In this document: positions 8,916 through 18,877 of the stretch, one piece after another | Position numbering within the stretch: the first letter of the stretch is position 1 | How the letters are laid out: each line of letters begins with the position of its first letter | IMG/VR virus record: IMGVR_UViG_3300037465_000067 | Location: 1 to 49,331 of that record | Reading direction: 5' to 3' (one strand) | Source of the DNA: a virus | Lineage: Duplodnaviria > Caudoviricetes | Length of the DNA stretch: 49,331 nt | Position numbers and translations under genes: made by a program | Notes under the pieces: model-generated | Database searches by the model: none | What the model was told of the DNA's origin: nothing | What the model saw: the letters and a program-made list of their open reading frames with translations, nothing else

Positions 8916-9281
8916 GTGTCTCGCCATATGACAGACGAACAAAAGCGAAAGCATCGGCTTGAGCAACAGCGATATAAGCTGCGCCATCCAGGTCGTGCGG
9001 AACAAGCAACGAGCCGCTGGAAGAAGGAAGACCCGGTGCGTAATCGTATAAGTAAAACCAAATCGCGCAGGCGCTGGAGGAAGCTGAACCCGTCGAAAAG
9101 ATATGCTCACCAATTCGTTTATAGAGCCACAAAACGAGGGGTTCTGAAGAGGCCGGGGAAGTGCGAGGATTGCGGTAGGAAGTGCAGGCCTGAGGCTCAC
9201 CACGAAGATTACAGCCAGCGTGAAAGGGTTATCTGGCTCTGTTTTCATTGCCACAACAAAACGAGGAGGCTTGGGAAGTGA
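8916..9281 (+). CDS. HNH endonuclease-like protein
   Basis: CEDCG...EAHHEDYS....VIWLCFHCH. Confidence 0.75.
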   Translation: MSRHMTDEQKRKHRLEQQRYKLRHPGRAEQATSRWKKEDPVRNRISKTKSRRRWRKLNPSKRYAHQFVYRATKRGVLKRPGKCEDCGRKCRPEAHHEDYSQRERVIWLCFHCHNKTRRLGK

Positions 9282-9835
9282 GCGAACATATTTGCGGAAT
9301 AAATCCCAACGACGGGAAACAGGTCAAGCCAGAGTGGTGCCTTTATTGCGCACGCAAACGCATCGAGGAACTGGAGCGCCAGCGCGATGAAGCATCTCAG
9401 CCGAAAGCATCTCCTGAAATCGGTGAGCCATTGAAGTGTCTGGTCTGCGCCCTGGAAAAACCGTGGGGGATTTTCAGTCAAACAACCGGTGAGGCGGTCT
9501 GTGAAGATTGCAAGCGAAAAGCTCAATCACGGCCATGCGCTCAGTGTGGCTATTCAGCTTGGACGGCCTCCGCAGAAACCGGCGAGGTGTTGTACTGCGT
9601 AGTTTGCGATGCCCGTTCTCGACATCGAGATGCTGCCCAAGAGCGCGACGAGGCGCGGGAGAGGGGCGCAGCACTTCAGAGCCAGCGCGACCGGCTGGCG
9701 GAGGCGCTGCGCACTCTGCTGTCCATGACGGTTGACTTGATGGAGCGAGACTTGAAAATCCATCCAAATACTATTGTCGAACATGCCGTCATTGTTAAGG
9801 CCGAAGCCGCCCTCGCCGGGGTCAACAAACAATGA
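9278..9835 (+). CDS. Cys-rich hypothetical protein with coiled coil
   Basis: GAGGAGG RBS before GTG; several CxxC pairs. Confidence 0.6.
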   Translation: MSEHICGINPNDGKQVKPEWCLYCARKRIEELERQRDEASQPKASPEIGEPLKCLVCALEKPWGIFSQTTGEAVCEDCKRKAQSRPCAQCGYSAWTASAETGEVLYCVVCDARSRHRDAAQERDEARERGAALQSQRDRLAEALRTLLSMTVDLMERDLKIHPNTIVEHAVIVKAEAALAGVNKQ

Positions 9836-11571
9836 GCATCAACGTCATTCAAGGCCCGATTGCGCTGTCAGAAGAAAAGAACGGTCGAATCTATTGGCGT
9901 GGATGGGCGTCTGGCAATATCCCCAGCCCACGCTTGCGGCTGACCCCAGAAAAGGCATTGAAAGACGCAGAGAAACTGGAGAAGAATCAGCAATGAAATC
10001 CCGCATCTTTGACTACATCTTAATGGGCATGGTCATCATCCTGGGCCTTAAGCTGTGGGGCGAAGTCCACGTCTTTGCCCGCTCCGTTGAGCGCGAAGTT
10101 GCAACGCTGCAATATGAAGTAGCGAAGACTCGGCAGATGCAGAAGACGTTGAAGCTATATCTTTATCGCTGGAGATTGGAGGAATAACCTTGGGCATTAT
10201 TAAGCGCGAGGGACTCAAAACTCTATGCGAGTCTTGTCGGAATGGTGTTATCCAGCGCGGAGACTCTGGGAGAATCCACGTCTATTGCTCTTGGGTGGGA
10301 ATGACCGTAGCTGGAGTAGTTAAAGATTGTACGAAATATGACTACAAGCTGGGGCCAACGATTGGCGAGATGGAATCAATAGCATGGCTTTTGGTGACAA
10401 AGGGGGCCGGGAAAAGGGTGGGATTCCTAAGCCCCCAAGAGCGCCAGCATAAATTTAACGATACGGGATTTCTTGATTAAAGCAACCCAGGATAAACAAA
10501 TTTCATCAAACCGTCAAAGGAGACCTAATGAGCTTTCTCGGTAAACCGAAAACAGTGGGAAAATACCTCTTGAATGTCATTGCCATTGCCAAGCCCGTGG
10601 CACAGACAGCCGGACAGGTTGTTCCCGGCCCGGACGTCTTTGAGGCCATTTACGCGCTGATTGTCAATATCGAGGTCTTCGCAGAAATCTTCAAGAAACA
10701 GGGCACGCGGATTGACAAGTTCAACCTGGCGCTTCCGGTTGTTAAAGACCTGATTCGCAACAGCGAGCAATTCAAACTGTATAATATTCCCGAAGACGTT
10801 CTAACTGAGTCGGCGCGAGCATACGTCAATACCACCGTCAAGCTGCTGAACGCTATCAAGCCCAAGGCGGTTTCTGCTGAAAACTGACATGGGACTATAC
10901 GTCACACGGTTTACAAAAGCCAAGAAGTTCCCGCAACACTGTGGAAAAAAGCCTCCAGCTTGGGCGGTGCTTCCAGGGCGTGCATGGGACCGGTGGCGTG
11001 GGAAGACGGTTTATCTTTTTGAATGGGAATCTCCAAACGACACATGGACATGCGGCACCAACTGTGTTTGGAGAGTCTCTCACGAGTCGGCACACCGGAT
11101 AATTGGCAGGCTTGAAGACTCCAGATATTTTTATGTCTGTGAACATCAAATCCAGAAGAAATCAATCAAGAAGATTCTATGAGCTACCATCCCCTTCTCT
11201 TTTGCCGTCATTGCTGGTCTCATCAGCGGTTTGAGCTGGCAGGATATTATTGGGAAGATTCTGCCCCGCTCGATGTCTGGCAATGCCTGAGATGCGCGTC
11301 ACAAAGGGTCTGGGGTATGGGGGTGGCGCTTTACGCAAAGGTTCCAGCCTGTGAAGAAATCGAACGCTGGAGATGGCTGGAGTCTGACTCGGCAAGGTCA
11401 ACCGATGGGGTCTGCTGCGTTGTCTGTGAGAAGCCGGCAGCGGCCAGAATCAGAATCATCTACAAAGAAGACCATTTATTTCTTGACCTGTCATTTTGTC
11501 TGGAACACATGGAAACGTGGAAGCGTCACACCAAGGCAAAAGAATACCAAGAGATTGGGGCTGTCCGTTAA
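9832..11571 (+). other. Cluster of hypothetical ORFs (9832-9996, 9993-10187, 10190-10480, 10528-10887, 10889-11182, 11179-11571)
   Basis: Translational coupling and RBSs; several Cys-rich, one N-terminal TM helix. Confidence 0.65.
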
Positions 11572-11685
11572 TGACGGGCCGAGGCTGGCTCAACCCCCTG
11601 AAACGTCAACGGATGGCCCCAATGTAATCGCCTCGCGGCGGGCGGGGTTTATGTCCCACCGGGGGAGGCGGGAAAGGATGGTCGC

Positions 11686-12639
11686 ATGAATCTGCATAGC
11701 TATCCAAAGGTTTACAATATCGGACATCGGGCCATAGCCGAACTGTTTCTAGACCCCGTGTTGGTTGAAGAGAAGGTTGATGGAAGCCAGTTTTCTTTTG
11801 CTAAGATAAACGGACAACTTCTGTTTCGTTCGCGTGGCGCTGAAATCTTTGCGAATTCACCAAAGAAGATGTTTAAGGCAGCCGTTAATTCTGTTCTGGA
11901 GATTGCCGACCTGCTGCGCGATGGGTGGGTCTATCGAGGAGAATATCTAGCCAAGCCCAAGCATAATGTCTTGGCCTACCAGCGAGTTCCGCTCCGCAAC
12001 GTGATTCTGTTCGATGTTAATACGGGCGATGAGGTTTATCTTGACCGAGACGCAAAGGAGTTTGAGGCTGAGCGTTTGGGCATGGAAGTCGTTCCGGTGG
12101 TTTTTAGCGGCCAAGTAAAAACACCGGAACAATTGCTTTCCTTTTTAGAACGAGAGTCTGTTCTTGGCGGACAGAAGGTTGAGGGAATTGTTGTCAAGAA
12201 TTACTCCCGCTTCGGCCTTGACAAGAAGGCGCTGATGGGCAAGTTTGTTCGTGAGGACTTCAAGGAAACCCACAGCAAGCAATGGAAGGCAGATAACCTC
12301 ACAACCGGAGACGTTATTGGCCGCCTTATTGCCGTACTAAAGAACGAGAAGCGCTGGGAAAAGGGAGTTCAGCATCTACGCGAGCGGGGCGCGTTGCAAA
12401 ATGCCCCCCAGGACATCGGCCCGCTTCTCAAGGAAATCCAAAGGGATATTCAAGAAGAAGAATCAGAGTTCATTAAGGAAAAACTCTTTGAATTTGCGCT
12501 GCCGCATATTCTAAGAGCCTCTACCGCCGGATGCCCAGAATGGTACAAGCGGAGACTGTTGGAATCTGCATTTTCGGTGGAGAATTCCGGCGCAGATAAT
12601 CAGGTTGTTGATGGCGGAGGAGCCGTGCAGAGCGGATGA
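11686..12639 (+). CDS. ATP-dependent RNA ligase, Rnl2-like family
   Basis: Motif I EEKVDGSQF, FRSR, YRGEY, ILFDV, EGIVVK, MGKFV; no OB domain. Confidence 0.85.
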   Translation: MNLHSYPKVYNIGHRAIAELFLDPVLVEEKVDGSQFSFAKINGQLLFRSRGAEIFANSPKKMFKAAVNSVLEIADLLRDGWVYRGEYLAKPKHNVLAYQRVPLRNVILFDVNTGDEVYLDRDAKEFEAERLGMEVVPVVFSGQVKTPEQLLSFLERESVLGGQKVEGIVVKNYSRFGLDKKALMGKFVREDFKETHSKQWKADNLTTGDVIGRLIAVLKNEKRWEKGVQHLRERGALQNAPQDIGPLLKEIQRDIQEEESEFIKEKLFEFALPHILRASTAGCPEWYKRRLLESAFSVENSGADNQVVDGGGAVQSG

Positions 12640-12737
12640 CATTGACACGCTTCGCGGTCAATCAATGAATCTGTATCGAGCCGCAAAGAAGCCTCGGGCT
12701 GAGATGCCGACTCCGCCATCAATACAGGGAGGACAGA

Positions 12738-13112
12738 TTGACTAAGACGGTTGGCATATATGAAATAGGATGGGAGCGTTGCGAAATACTGCTGAAAGAC
12801 GGCAGAGACGGTAGTTTTTCTTGCGTTCCATCTAGCGGAGGATTTCCAGTTATCTCCCTTGGAGCCGACCAGCCATGGGGAGATTTGGTTGACGTTTTTC
12901 TACACGAAGCAATCGAACTTACCGCAGTTCGTGTACGCTCCAGGTTTGAGCCAAGCTGTGAGGTCAATAAAGACCACGGCCAATACATCTTTGTTATGAC
13001 CCATTCTCAGCTTTCGGAGTGTTGCGCTCGCACGGCAGAGCTTCTTGTTAAAGCACTGCCGGACATTGCTAGTGCGTGGAGATTGTGGAAGAAACGCGGG
13101 AAAAAGAAATAA
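12738..13112 (+). CDS. Hypothetical protein with HExxE motif
   Basis: GGAGG RBS, TTG start, VFLHEAIE. Confidence 0.65.
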   Translation: MTKTVGIYEIGWERCEILLKDGRDGSFSCVPSSGGFPVISLGADQPWGDLVDVFLHEAIELTAVRVRSRFEPSCEVNKDHGQYIFVMTHSQLSECCARTAELLVKALPDIASAWRLWKKRGKKK

Positions 13113-13120
13113 GAGGTTGC

Positions 13121-13362
13121 GGGGCCACTGTCTTAATCAGAGCGGGAAATGCTGGGGAGCAACCCGCGACCATACGGGGTACGGTGGCCCCATCAAGTCC
13201 GGCATATACCCCGGTGGGAGGTAAACCCCCTGGCCGGAGGCCGCTGTGTCAATGCTTCCAGCGCTGTCTTTGACAGCCAATCTAACTCTGTGAAAGGGGA
13301 CGAGAGGTCCCAATGCGTTGCCCTGGCTTGACCCCCAAGGGCAGCGCTGGGAGTGTTGATAT
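13121..13362 (+). ncRNA. Cluster of structured RNA elements including a 27-bp stem over the downstream RBS/AUG
   Basis: Stems 13121-13131/13181-13191, 13198-13203/13233-13238, 13246-13272/13336-13362. Confidence 0.7.
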
Positions 13363-13558
13363 GGGATGGATTGGAAATGTTTTAATTGTTGTCGGACTCT
13401 GGAAGATTGGAAACAGACAGCGCTCTGCGTTTTTATACACGCTTTCCGGAGAGGCTGTTTGGGTTATTTACTCGATAAGCCTGGGAATGTGGGACTTGGC
13501 CGCAATTTGCATTGTCTTTGCTGCTCTGGCAGTTAGGAATTATGTAAAGTGGGCTTGA
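13361..13558 (+). CDS. Small multi-TM membrane protein (PnuC/SemiSWEET-like size and topology)
   Basis: GGGAG RBS; three hydrophobic segments. Confidence 0.6.
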   Translation: MGWIGNVLIVVGLWKIGNRQRSAFLYTLSGEAVWVIYSISLGMWDLAAICIVFAALAVRNYVKWA

Positions 13559-14286
13559 AGGGCTGCGGGCGAAAAATCGGGCCGTATGAGTGCTGCACCG
13601 TGGTCTGCGGCGACTGCCTGGAATTGATGAAGGCGTTGCCCGACGGCTGCGTGGATGCGGTGATTACCGACCCGCCCTATGGAATGAGATGCAACACTGA
13701 TTACACACGCTTTTCTGGTGGGAACACGCGACGTGGGAGCGGTTCATCCTATGACGCCGTAATTGGCGATGAATCTGAATTTGATCCGGGGCCTTTTCTT
13801 CGGTTCAACGAGGTTGTCATCTGGGGAGCCAACCACTTCTGGTCGCGCCTTCCAGCCGGCGGGGCATTGGTGTGGTTAAAACGCAACGACAGGGCATTCG
13901 GAACATTCCTCTCTGATGCCGAACTTGCGTTTCTCAAAGGACGGCAAGGCGTATTCGCGTTCCGTTACGTTTTCGCAGGAAGCTCTAAGGCGATAGATGC
14001 AGGTTTGGGAGCATACGAAAAGCCCGCCCATCCTACTCAGAAGCCAGTTGCGCTCATGGTATGGTGCCTCTCATTTGTGCATGGGGAAACCGTCCTTGAC
14101 CCATTCCTCGGCTCTGGCACGACGGCGGTCGCTGCGAAGAAGTTGGGGCGGCATTTTCTCGGATTCGAGATTTCGCCGGAGTACTGTGAAATCGCCCGCA
14201 AAAGAATTGAAATAGTAGAAATGCAGCCATCGTTATTCGAGAAGCGTGCCGAACAAGATGAACTATTCGCCGAAGATTTGTCGTAA
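13549..14286 (+). CDS. DNA N6-adenine/N4-cytosine methyltransferase (beta class)
   Basis: GDCLELM, TDPPY, HPTQKP, LDPFLGSGTT. Confidence 0.93.
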   Translation: MGLKGCGRKIGPYECCTVVCGDCLELMKALPDGCVDAVITDPPYGMRCNTDYTRFSGGNTRRGSGSSYDAVIGDESEFDPGPFLRFNEVVIWGANHFWSRLPAGGALVWLKRNDRAFGTFLSDAELAFLKGRQGVFAFRYVFAGSSKAIDAGLGAYEKPAHPTQKPVALMVWCLSFVHGETVLDPFLGSGTTAVAAKKLGRHFLGFEISPEYCEIARKRIEIVEMQPSLFEKRAEQDELFAEDLS

Positions 14287-14827
14287 GTGTCGTGGTGGTT
14301 TTTCCCCTGTAAGTGGGGCACAGAAAGTATGCGTTGCTTGTCGAACTTTCATTTGTGGATTCTGCAAAAAGCCAAGTTCTTACAACGGCCATTACAGTCG
14401 CCGATTCTGCTCTTTCTCGTGTCGGGCCAGCGCCGACGAGAAGGCCATTGCCAGATTGCAGGCCAATAGAGGCAGGAAACCACGAAGCGCACACCTTCGC
14501 TCCAAACGCAACAAGCACGGCAGCGTCTTTGACATTGCATGGAGGAAGGCGGTCTTTGAGCGGGACAAATGGACTTGCCGTAGGTGTGGCGTAAAGGGTG
14601 GAAGGCTTCAGGCGCATCACATCAAGCCGTATAAGGGATACCCGCATCTTCGCTACCTCCTTGGCAACGGGAAAACGCTTTGTATTGAGTGCCACAAGAA
14701 AACCGCCACTTATGGGTGGAAGAGTTATCACAGACGTAGAGCCAAGATTGCCGAAGAGCGCATCGCGCTAGTCGAGGCGCAGCCGACGCTGTTTGAGAAG
14801 AAGCCCGAACAGATGGAATTGCCATGA
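14258..14827 (+). CDS. HNH homing endonuclease with N-terminal zinc fingers
   Basis: VFERDKWTCRRCG...LQAHHIKP...NGKTLCIECH; FCSFSC. Confidence 0.88.
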   Translation: MNYSPKICRKCRGGFSPVSGAQKVCVACRTFICGFCKKPSSYNGHYSRRFCSFSCRASADEKAIARLQANRGRKPRSAHLRSKRNKHGSVFDIAWRKAVFERDKWTCRRCGVKGGRLQAHHIKPYKGYPHLRYLLGNGKTLCIECHKKTATYGWKSYHRRRAKIAEERIALVEAQPTLFEKKPEQMELP

Positions 14828-15168
14828 AAGATTCAGACATCATCACCTGGCTCTACAACTGGTACGGCTTCTATAACGTCAAATACTTTGATTCCAAGCT
14901 GCCGCCTAAAGTCAAAATCAAGATTGGCAAGGGTCGCAAGTTCCGCAAGTGGAAGAAGGTTGCAGACTCACTGTCGCACCCGGAGATTGCCAAGCCCAAA
15001 ATTACAGTGACTTATAAACACAGACGGTACCCCAACGGTCTGAGACAGCACTTGCTTCACGAAATGGCTCACATTGCAACTTGCGATGAGACCGAACACC
15101 ATGGGCCAAAGTGGAAGAAAGAAATGAGAAGGCTGGCCAAGGAGGGGGCTTTTGATGATATTTGGTAG
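14824..15168 (+). CDS. SprT-like zinc metalloprotease domain protein
   Basis: N.KYFDSKLP, LLHEMAH, HHGPKWK. Confidence 0.8.
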   Translation: MKDSDIITWLYNWYGFYNVKYFDSKLPPKVKIKIGKGRKFRKWKKVADSLSHPEIAKPKITVTYKHRRYPNGLRQHLLHEMAHIATCDETEHHGPKWKKEMRRLAKEGAFDDIW

Positions 15169-15171
15169 GGC

Positions 15172-15402
15172 TTATCCCTGCCTCTCCAAGACCCACGTTC
15201 TCAGCTTGTTAAACTCTTCCCGCAAGTTGTCTGTTTTTTCTTCCAGGGAGTGCAAGTCGTTTGTTTTAAGTAATTCAACGCTCTTTTCAATGGCTGACAG
15301 CCTCTCTTTAATTGACGACTGGCTCCAGAAAAGAGCCAACTGAACACCGAAAACTCCGAGAATGAGAACTTCAACAAAGGACATTGAGGAGTCAGGAGTC
15401 AT
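15172..15402 (-). CDS. Small TM plus coiled-coil protein
   Basis: Last gene of late operon; hydrophobic N-terminus. Confidence 0.6.
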   Translation of the reverse strand: MTPDSSMSFVEVLILGVFGVQLALFWSQSSIKERLSAIEKSVELLKTNDLHSLEEKTDNLREEFNKLRTWVLERQG

Positions 15403-17321
15403 GGCTTGACCTTGATTTGGAGTTGTTCGGGACGAGGCTCTTCTTTTTTAAGGGTAAGCGATATTTTCTCTTCCTGTTCCATAACCTCTCTGACCAGGCG
15501 CGTTCCTGTCTGTGTAAATGCAGTACTGCCGGGTGCTGTGGTCAGATAGCGCCTGACAAGGCGGAAAGTAGAGGGGTTGCGCATGGCTCTGGAAACAATC
15601 CAGACGCCGACGGGAAGGCTGGCCCCGCCCACAATGGCTCCGGGAATCCCATAAGAAATACCGCCAAGCGCAACAGCTCCAACCGTAGCAATTTCAGCCA
15701 GAAACCCGAAGTGTGCGGCTGCAATGTTTCCAGTTCGGTGCATGTTCATAATTAGAGATGCACCCTCTTTGAAGGCTTCCCTGCCGACGCCGCTTTGGAT
15801 TGCTCTTTCCAGCTGGCTGAATTTTTCAGCCTCACCAACAAATTGCGCTGGCCTCATGCCAAGATTGTGTAGTGCCTCCTCAAGCTCTTGGGCTTTAATT
15901 TGGGCAGGACGGCCCCTGAAGCCTCGCCGTGGAGAAAACTCTTCCATGAATATCGGTCGAAGCTGTCTTCCAACTTCTTCTAGCGCTGCCCCGTGCGCTG
16001 TCATTGCTCGGCCCTGAATCAGCGTATTGACAAGCGGCTCGCCGCCAATGGCCCGCACGGTTTCAATAGAAGCCACGTCAAGCTCTCGCGTCAGGTCTCC
16101 GAGAATTTTTTTGTCGGTATTACTGAGTCCTGGCTTTCTGAGAATGGCCTTAAGGTCGCTCAGCGTACCTTCGATAGTAGAAAACCCAACAGGGGCGGTG
16201 AGTTGAGTTTGAACTTCAGCGCCGCGCTCGACCAGCGCCCTGATTTCAGGAGCAACCCTTCCACCAGATAGATTCTCTACAGCTGAGCGCACCGAAGACT
16301 TAACGTCTGGAGTAGAGAATTCGTGTCTGGCTATTTTTTCTGACCACCTAGAGGCAACTTCTGTTACGTTGTCAAGAATGGCTTGCGGGGCACCCTTGGC
16401 CGACACTATTCTGTCAAGTGGCTCATAGAACGTCTTGCTGGACGCTCTGCGCAGGGCACCGCCCACCGCCTCTGCCGCAGCCCCCGGGTCTTGAGATGCA
16501 CGAGCGATAAACCTGTTTGCCCCGGCCCCTTCTGCCTTGATGATGTTGGCCATTTCGTTCTGAACGTTTATCATGGCCCGTTCTCGAAGTCGAGTCATTC
16601 CACCACCAAGCGGACTTCTTGAAACCAGCTCTTCTACAACAGCCACCTTCCCGCCACGCAACATACCGGGAGTGGCCGCAACTTTAGTTCCTGTGGCAAG
16701 CTCGAATTCACCCTTTTCTAGAGCGCGAAGGCTAGACCTTGCCTCAGGAGAAAACCTTGCCTTAAACGGCAGAAAGAATAGTCCCGCATTAACAAGCCCA
16801 GCCATCGCAGAGCCGAGAGCTTCTGGGGCTTTTCCTCCCCGAGCGGCCCCAAAAGCCTCCTCAAATTGCCTTCCGCCGACAAGGGCCGTTGCTTCTGCCA
16901 TGCTTGCTGGCTTAACGCCAGTTAATAGTCCTGGAAGAGTTGCCGATGTAAAAGTTCTTGCCACGGGCTCTGCGATTCCACCGGCAAGTCCAGCGCCAAG
17001 CTCCTTGACCAAGGACATGGCTTCTTTGGGGTTTTCTCTGGCCAGACGAATAGATTCGGCTGCGTTTTGTATGGCTTCTGCCGGTCCGCTGACGCCCAGT
17101 GTTCCCTTAAAAAACGACTCTCCGGCGCGGCCAATAGAACTTCTCAGGTCAGGGGCGGCGTCTGATGGCAGTAGACTAATAGACTTGGGACTCTGCTCTC
17201 CAATGACAGCACGCTTCATCTTTTCAAATTCAGCCTTGCTAATGCCCACTGGAACATTGGGGACAATAATTCCTTCTTTGGTTCTTACGTCAACTGTTCT
17301 TTTATGTTGTCCGTTGGCCAT
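15399..17321 (-). CDS. Putative internal virion / DNA ejection protein
   Basis: 640 aa, Ala/Gly-rich helical; position at end of podovirus-type late operon. Confidence 0.65.
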   Translation of the reverse strand: MANGQHKRTVDVRTKEGIIVPNVPVGISKAEFEKMKRAVIGEQSPKSISLLPSDAAPDLRSSIGRAGESFFKGTLGVSGPAEAIQNAAESIRLARENPKEAMSLVKELGAGLAGGIAEPVARTFTSATLPGLLTGVKPASMAEATALVGGRQFEEAFGAARGGKAPEALGSAMAGLVNAGLFFLPFKARFSPEARSSLRALEKGEFELATGTKVAATPGMLRGGKVAVVEELVSRSPLGGGMTRLRERAMINVQNEMANIIKAEGAGANRFIARASQDPGAAAEAVGGALRRASSKTFYEPLDRIVSAKGAPQAILDNVTEVASRWSEKIARHEFSTPDVKSSVRSAVENLSGGRVAPEIRALVERGAEVQTQLTAPVGFSTIEGTLSDLKAILRKPGLSNTDKKILGDLTRELDVASIETVRAIGGEPLVNTLIQGRAMTAHGAALEEVGRQLRPIFMEEFSPRRGFRGRPAQIKAQELEEALHNLGMRPAQFVGEAEKFSQLERAIQSGVGREAFKEGASLIMNMHRTGNIAAAHFGFLAEIATVGAVALGGISYGIPGAIVGGASLPVGVWIVSRAMRNPSTFRLVRRYLTTAPGSTAFTQTGTRLVREVMEQEEKISLTLKKEEPRPEQLQIKVKP

Positions 17322-18607
17322 TACCGCTCACCAAACAAGTCGTCTTCGTCCACGATGGGCCTTGCTTGTCCCAAGCCAAATTCAGGAGTAAATGTATTGG
17401 GAGGCATCTTGCGTAAGTCCGTGGCATATCCGTGCAAGAATTGTTCCGCTTCATCAACAACAGCTATCAGCATTTCGGGGGTTGCCCCTCGAAAGTTAAA
17501 GATGGCCTTGAATCGCTCGATGAGATTGACTCCGCCGCGAGCGCCAACGTGAGGAACCATTAGACCAGTTTCAAGCAGGCTCATTTGTGCTCTGAGTCGA
17601 GCAAAGTCTGGGTCTCCGAGTCCAATCGTGCCAGCCATAAAGTCTTCGTAGCGACCCGCAATAGGACCGAGCTTTCCGGCCTTGCCAAGCCTGACAATAG
17701 ACTCTTTGATTCCTGGAACCTTCTTGGCTAAGGCTCCCGCAAATTCGGCTCGCGCCCTGGACGTTGAGGTTGGCCCCGTGGTTCTAAACGGAATAAATCC
17801 AATGGGGTTTCCGTGTTCGTCAAGCGCAGCCCCGGGAATTGGCTGGCCCGTTCGAGAGTCAATGCCAAGATAGCGAGCCGCAAACTCTCGCTGTCTCATG
17901 GAGAGATTTCCCTGCGCAATCATTTGCCGAAACGCCGCTGCTTCGTTGTTGGTTCGCATAGAAGCTCGGCGCTCTGAAGAGTCTTGGGAAATTGCTTTAT
18001 TTAGAACGTCAACGGCACCGCTAATGTTGTTGGTAGAAAGCATTGCGTTGGCAGCGCCCGTGGCTGCGCCGCGTATCTGTTCATTCTGGATATTGAGCAA
18101 GCCTTCTTGAATAAATTGTGCGGCTTCTTTTGCGTTAGATACCTTGCGAGGCTCTACGCTGCCCGTCAGAGGATTTACAAATCCCCATTCATTTTGGCCA
18201 ATTTGCATGTATTGGGGCGCCGTGCTCTTGGCAAGGCTTGTTTGAGCCTGAAGAAACTGCATTTCTTGTATTTTGGCACGCATTGGTGCTTCTGCCGCTT
18301 CAACCTGACGCTGTAAGTCTTCTGCTGTAATCTGACGGCGCATCGCCTGTTGACGCTGGGCGGCTTCCGGGCCTGCGCCAAAAGCGGTCAGAAAGTCGGC
18401 AATTCCAGCAATAAGCGGAGATTGGCCGCGAGCGGTCAGTGAAACCGGCTCGATGCGGCTCTGGGCGGGAAGCGTGACCTGTTCGCTGAAGTCTGGGCCA
18501 ACAGGAATAGTAGTTTCTGGTGTCTCGCGCAGGGTCAGGGTTGTGGTCGTCATTTCTTCAGGGTCAAGCAGACGACGCGCAAGTGATTTCTTTTTTGTTT
18601 CAGCCAT
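17321..18607 (-). CDS. Putative internal virion / ejection protein
   Basis: Gln/Ala-rich helical; position. Confidence 0.6.
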   Translation of the reverse strand: MAETKKKSLARRLLDPEEMTTTTLTLRETPETTIPVGPDFSEQVTLPAQSRIEPVSLTARGQSPLIAGIADFLTAFGAGPEAAQRQQAMRRQITAEDLQRQVEAAEAPMRAKIQEMQFLQAQTSLAKSTAPQYMQIGQNEWGFVNPLTGSVEPRKVSNAKEAAQFIQEGLLNIQNEQIRGAATGAANAMLSTNNISGAVDVLNKAISQDSSERRASMRTNNEAAAFRQMIAQGNLSMRQREFAARYLGIDSRTGQPIPGAALDEHGNPIGFIPFRTTGPTSTSRARAEFAGALAKKVPGIKESIVRLGKAGKLGPIAGRYEDFMAGTIGLGDPDFARLRAQMSLLETGLMVPHVGARGGVNLIERFKAIFNFRGATPEMLIAVVDEAEQFLHGYATDLRKMPPNTFTPEFGLGQARPIVDEDDLFGER

Positions 18608-18876
18608 TACAAGAACCTCGGAAACGGCATCTGTGGGCCGCGACCAACGGACTCAAACCGCTGTTGAAGATTGCCGAACATCGTTGCTCGCAAGGCTTCA
18701 ATCTCCGGCTGGCTGAGGCGCGCTACAGCCTGCGGTGCTGAAAACATATCACCAAAAGGAGTCGGCTGCTGGCCTTGGGGCATTTGAAACGGATTGCCGC
18801 CGAATTGCTGGCCCATGCCCAGCGAGGGCGTTGCCTGGAATAGCGGAGACTGTAAACGGCTTGATGGAATTCCCAT
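18607..18876 (-). CDS. Small Gln/Pro-rich protein
   Basis: Coupled to both neighbours. Confidence 0.55.
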   Translation of the reverse strand: MGIPSSRLQSPLFQATPSLGMGQQFGGNPFQMPQGQQPTPFGDMFSAPQAVARLSQPEIEALRATMFGNLQQRFESVGRGPQMPFPRFL

Positions 18877-18877
18877 G

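Noticed and set aside
12680-12720. c-di-GMP-I riboswitch resemblance (GCAAA..GCCTC.GG)
   Set aside because: First stem with GNRA loop and the receptor are missing
16573-17391. Long + strand ORFs here and at 23225-24067 and 32368-33066
   Set aside because: Antisense shadows of well-supported structural genes, with no RBS or motifs
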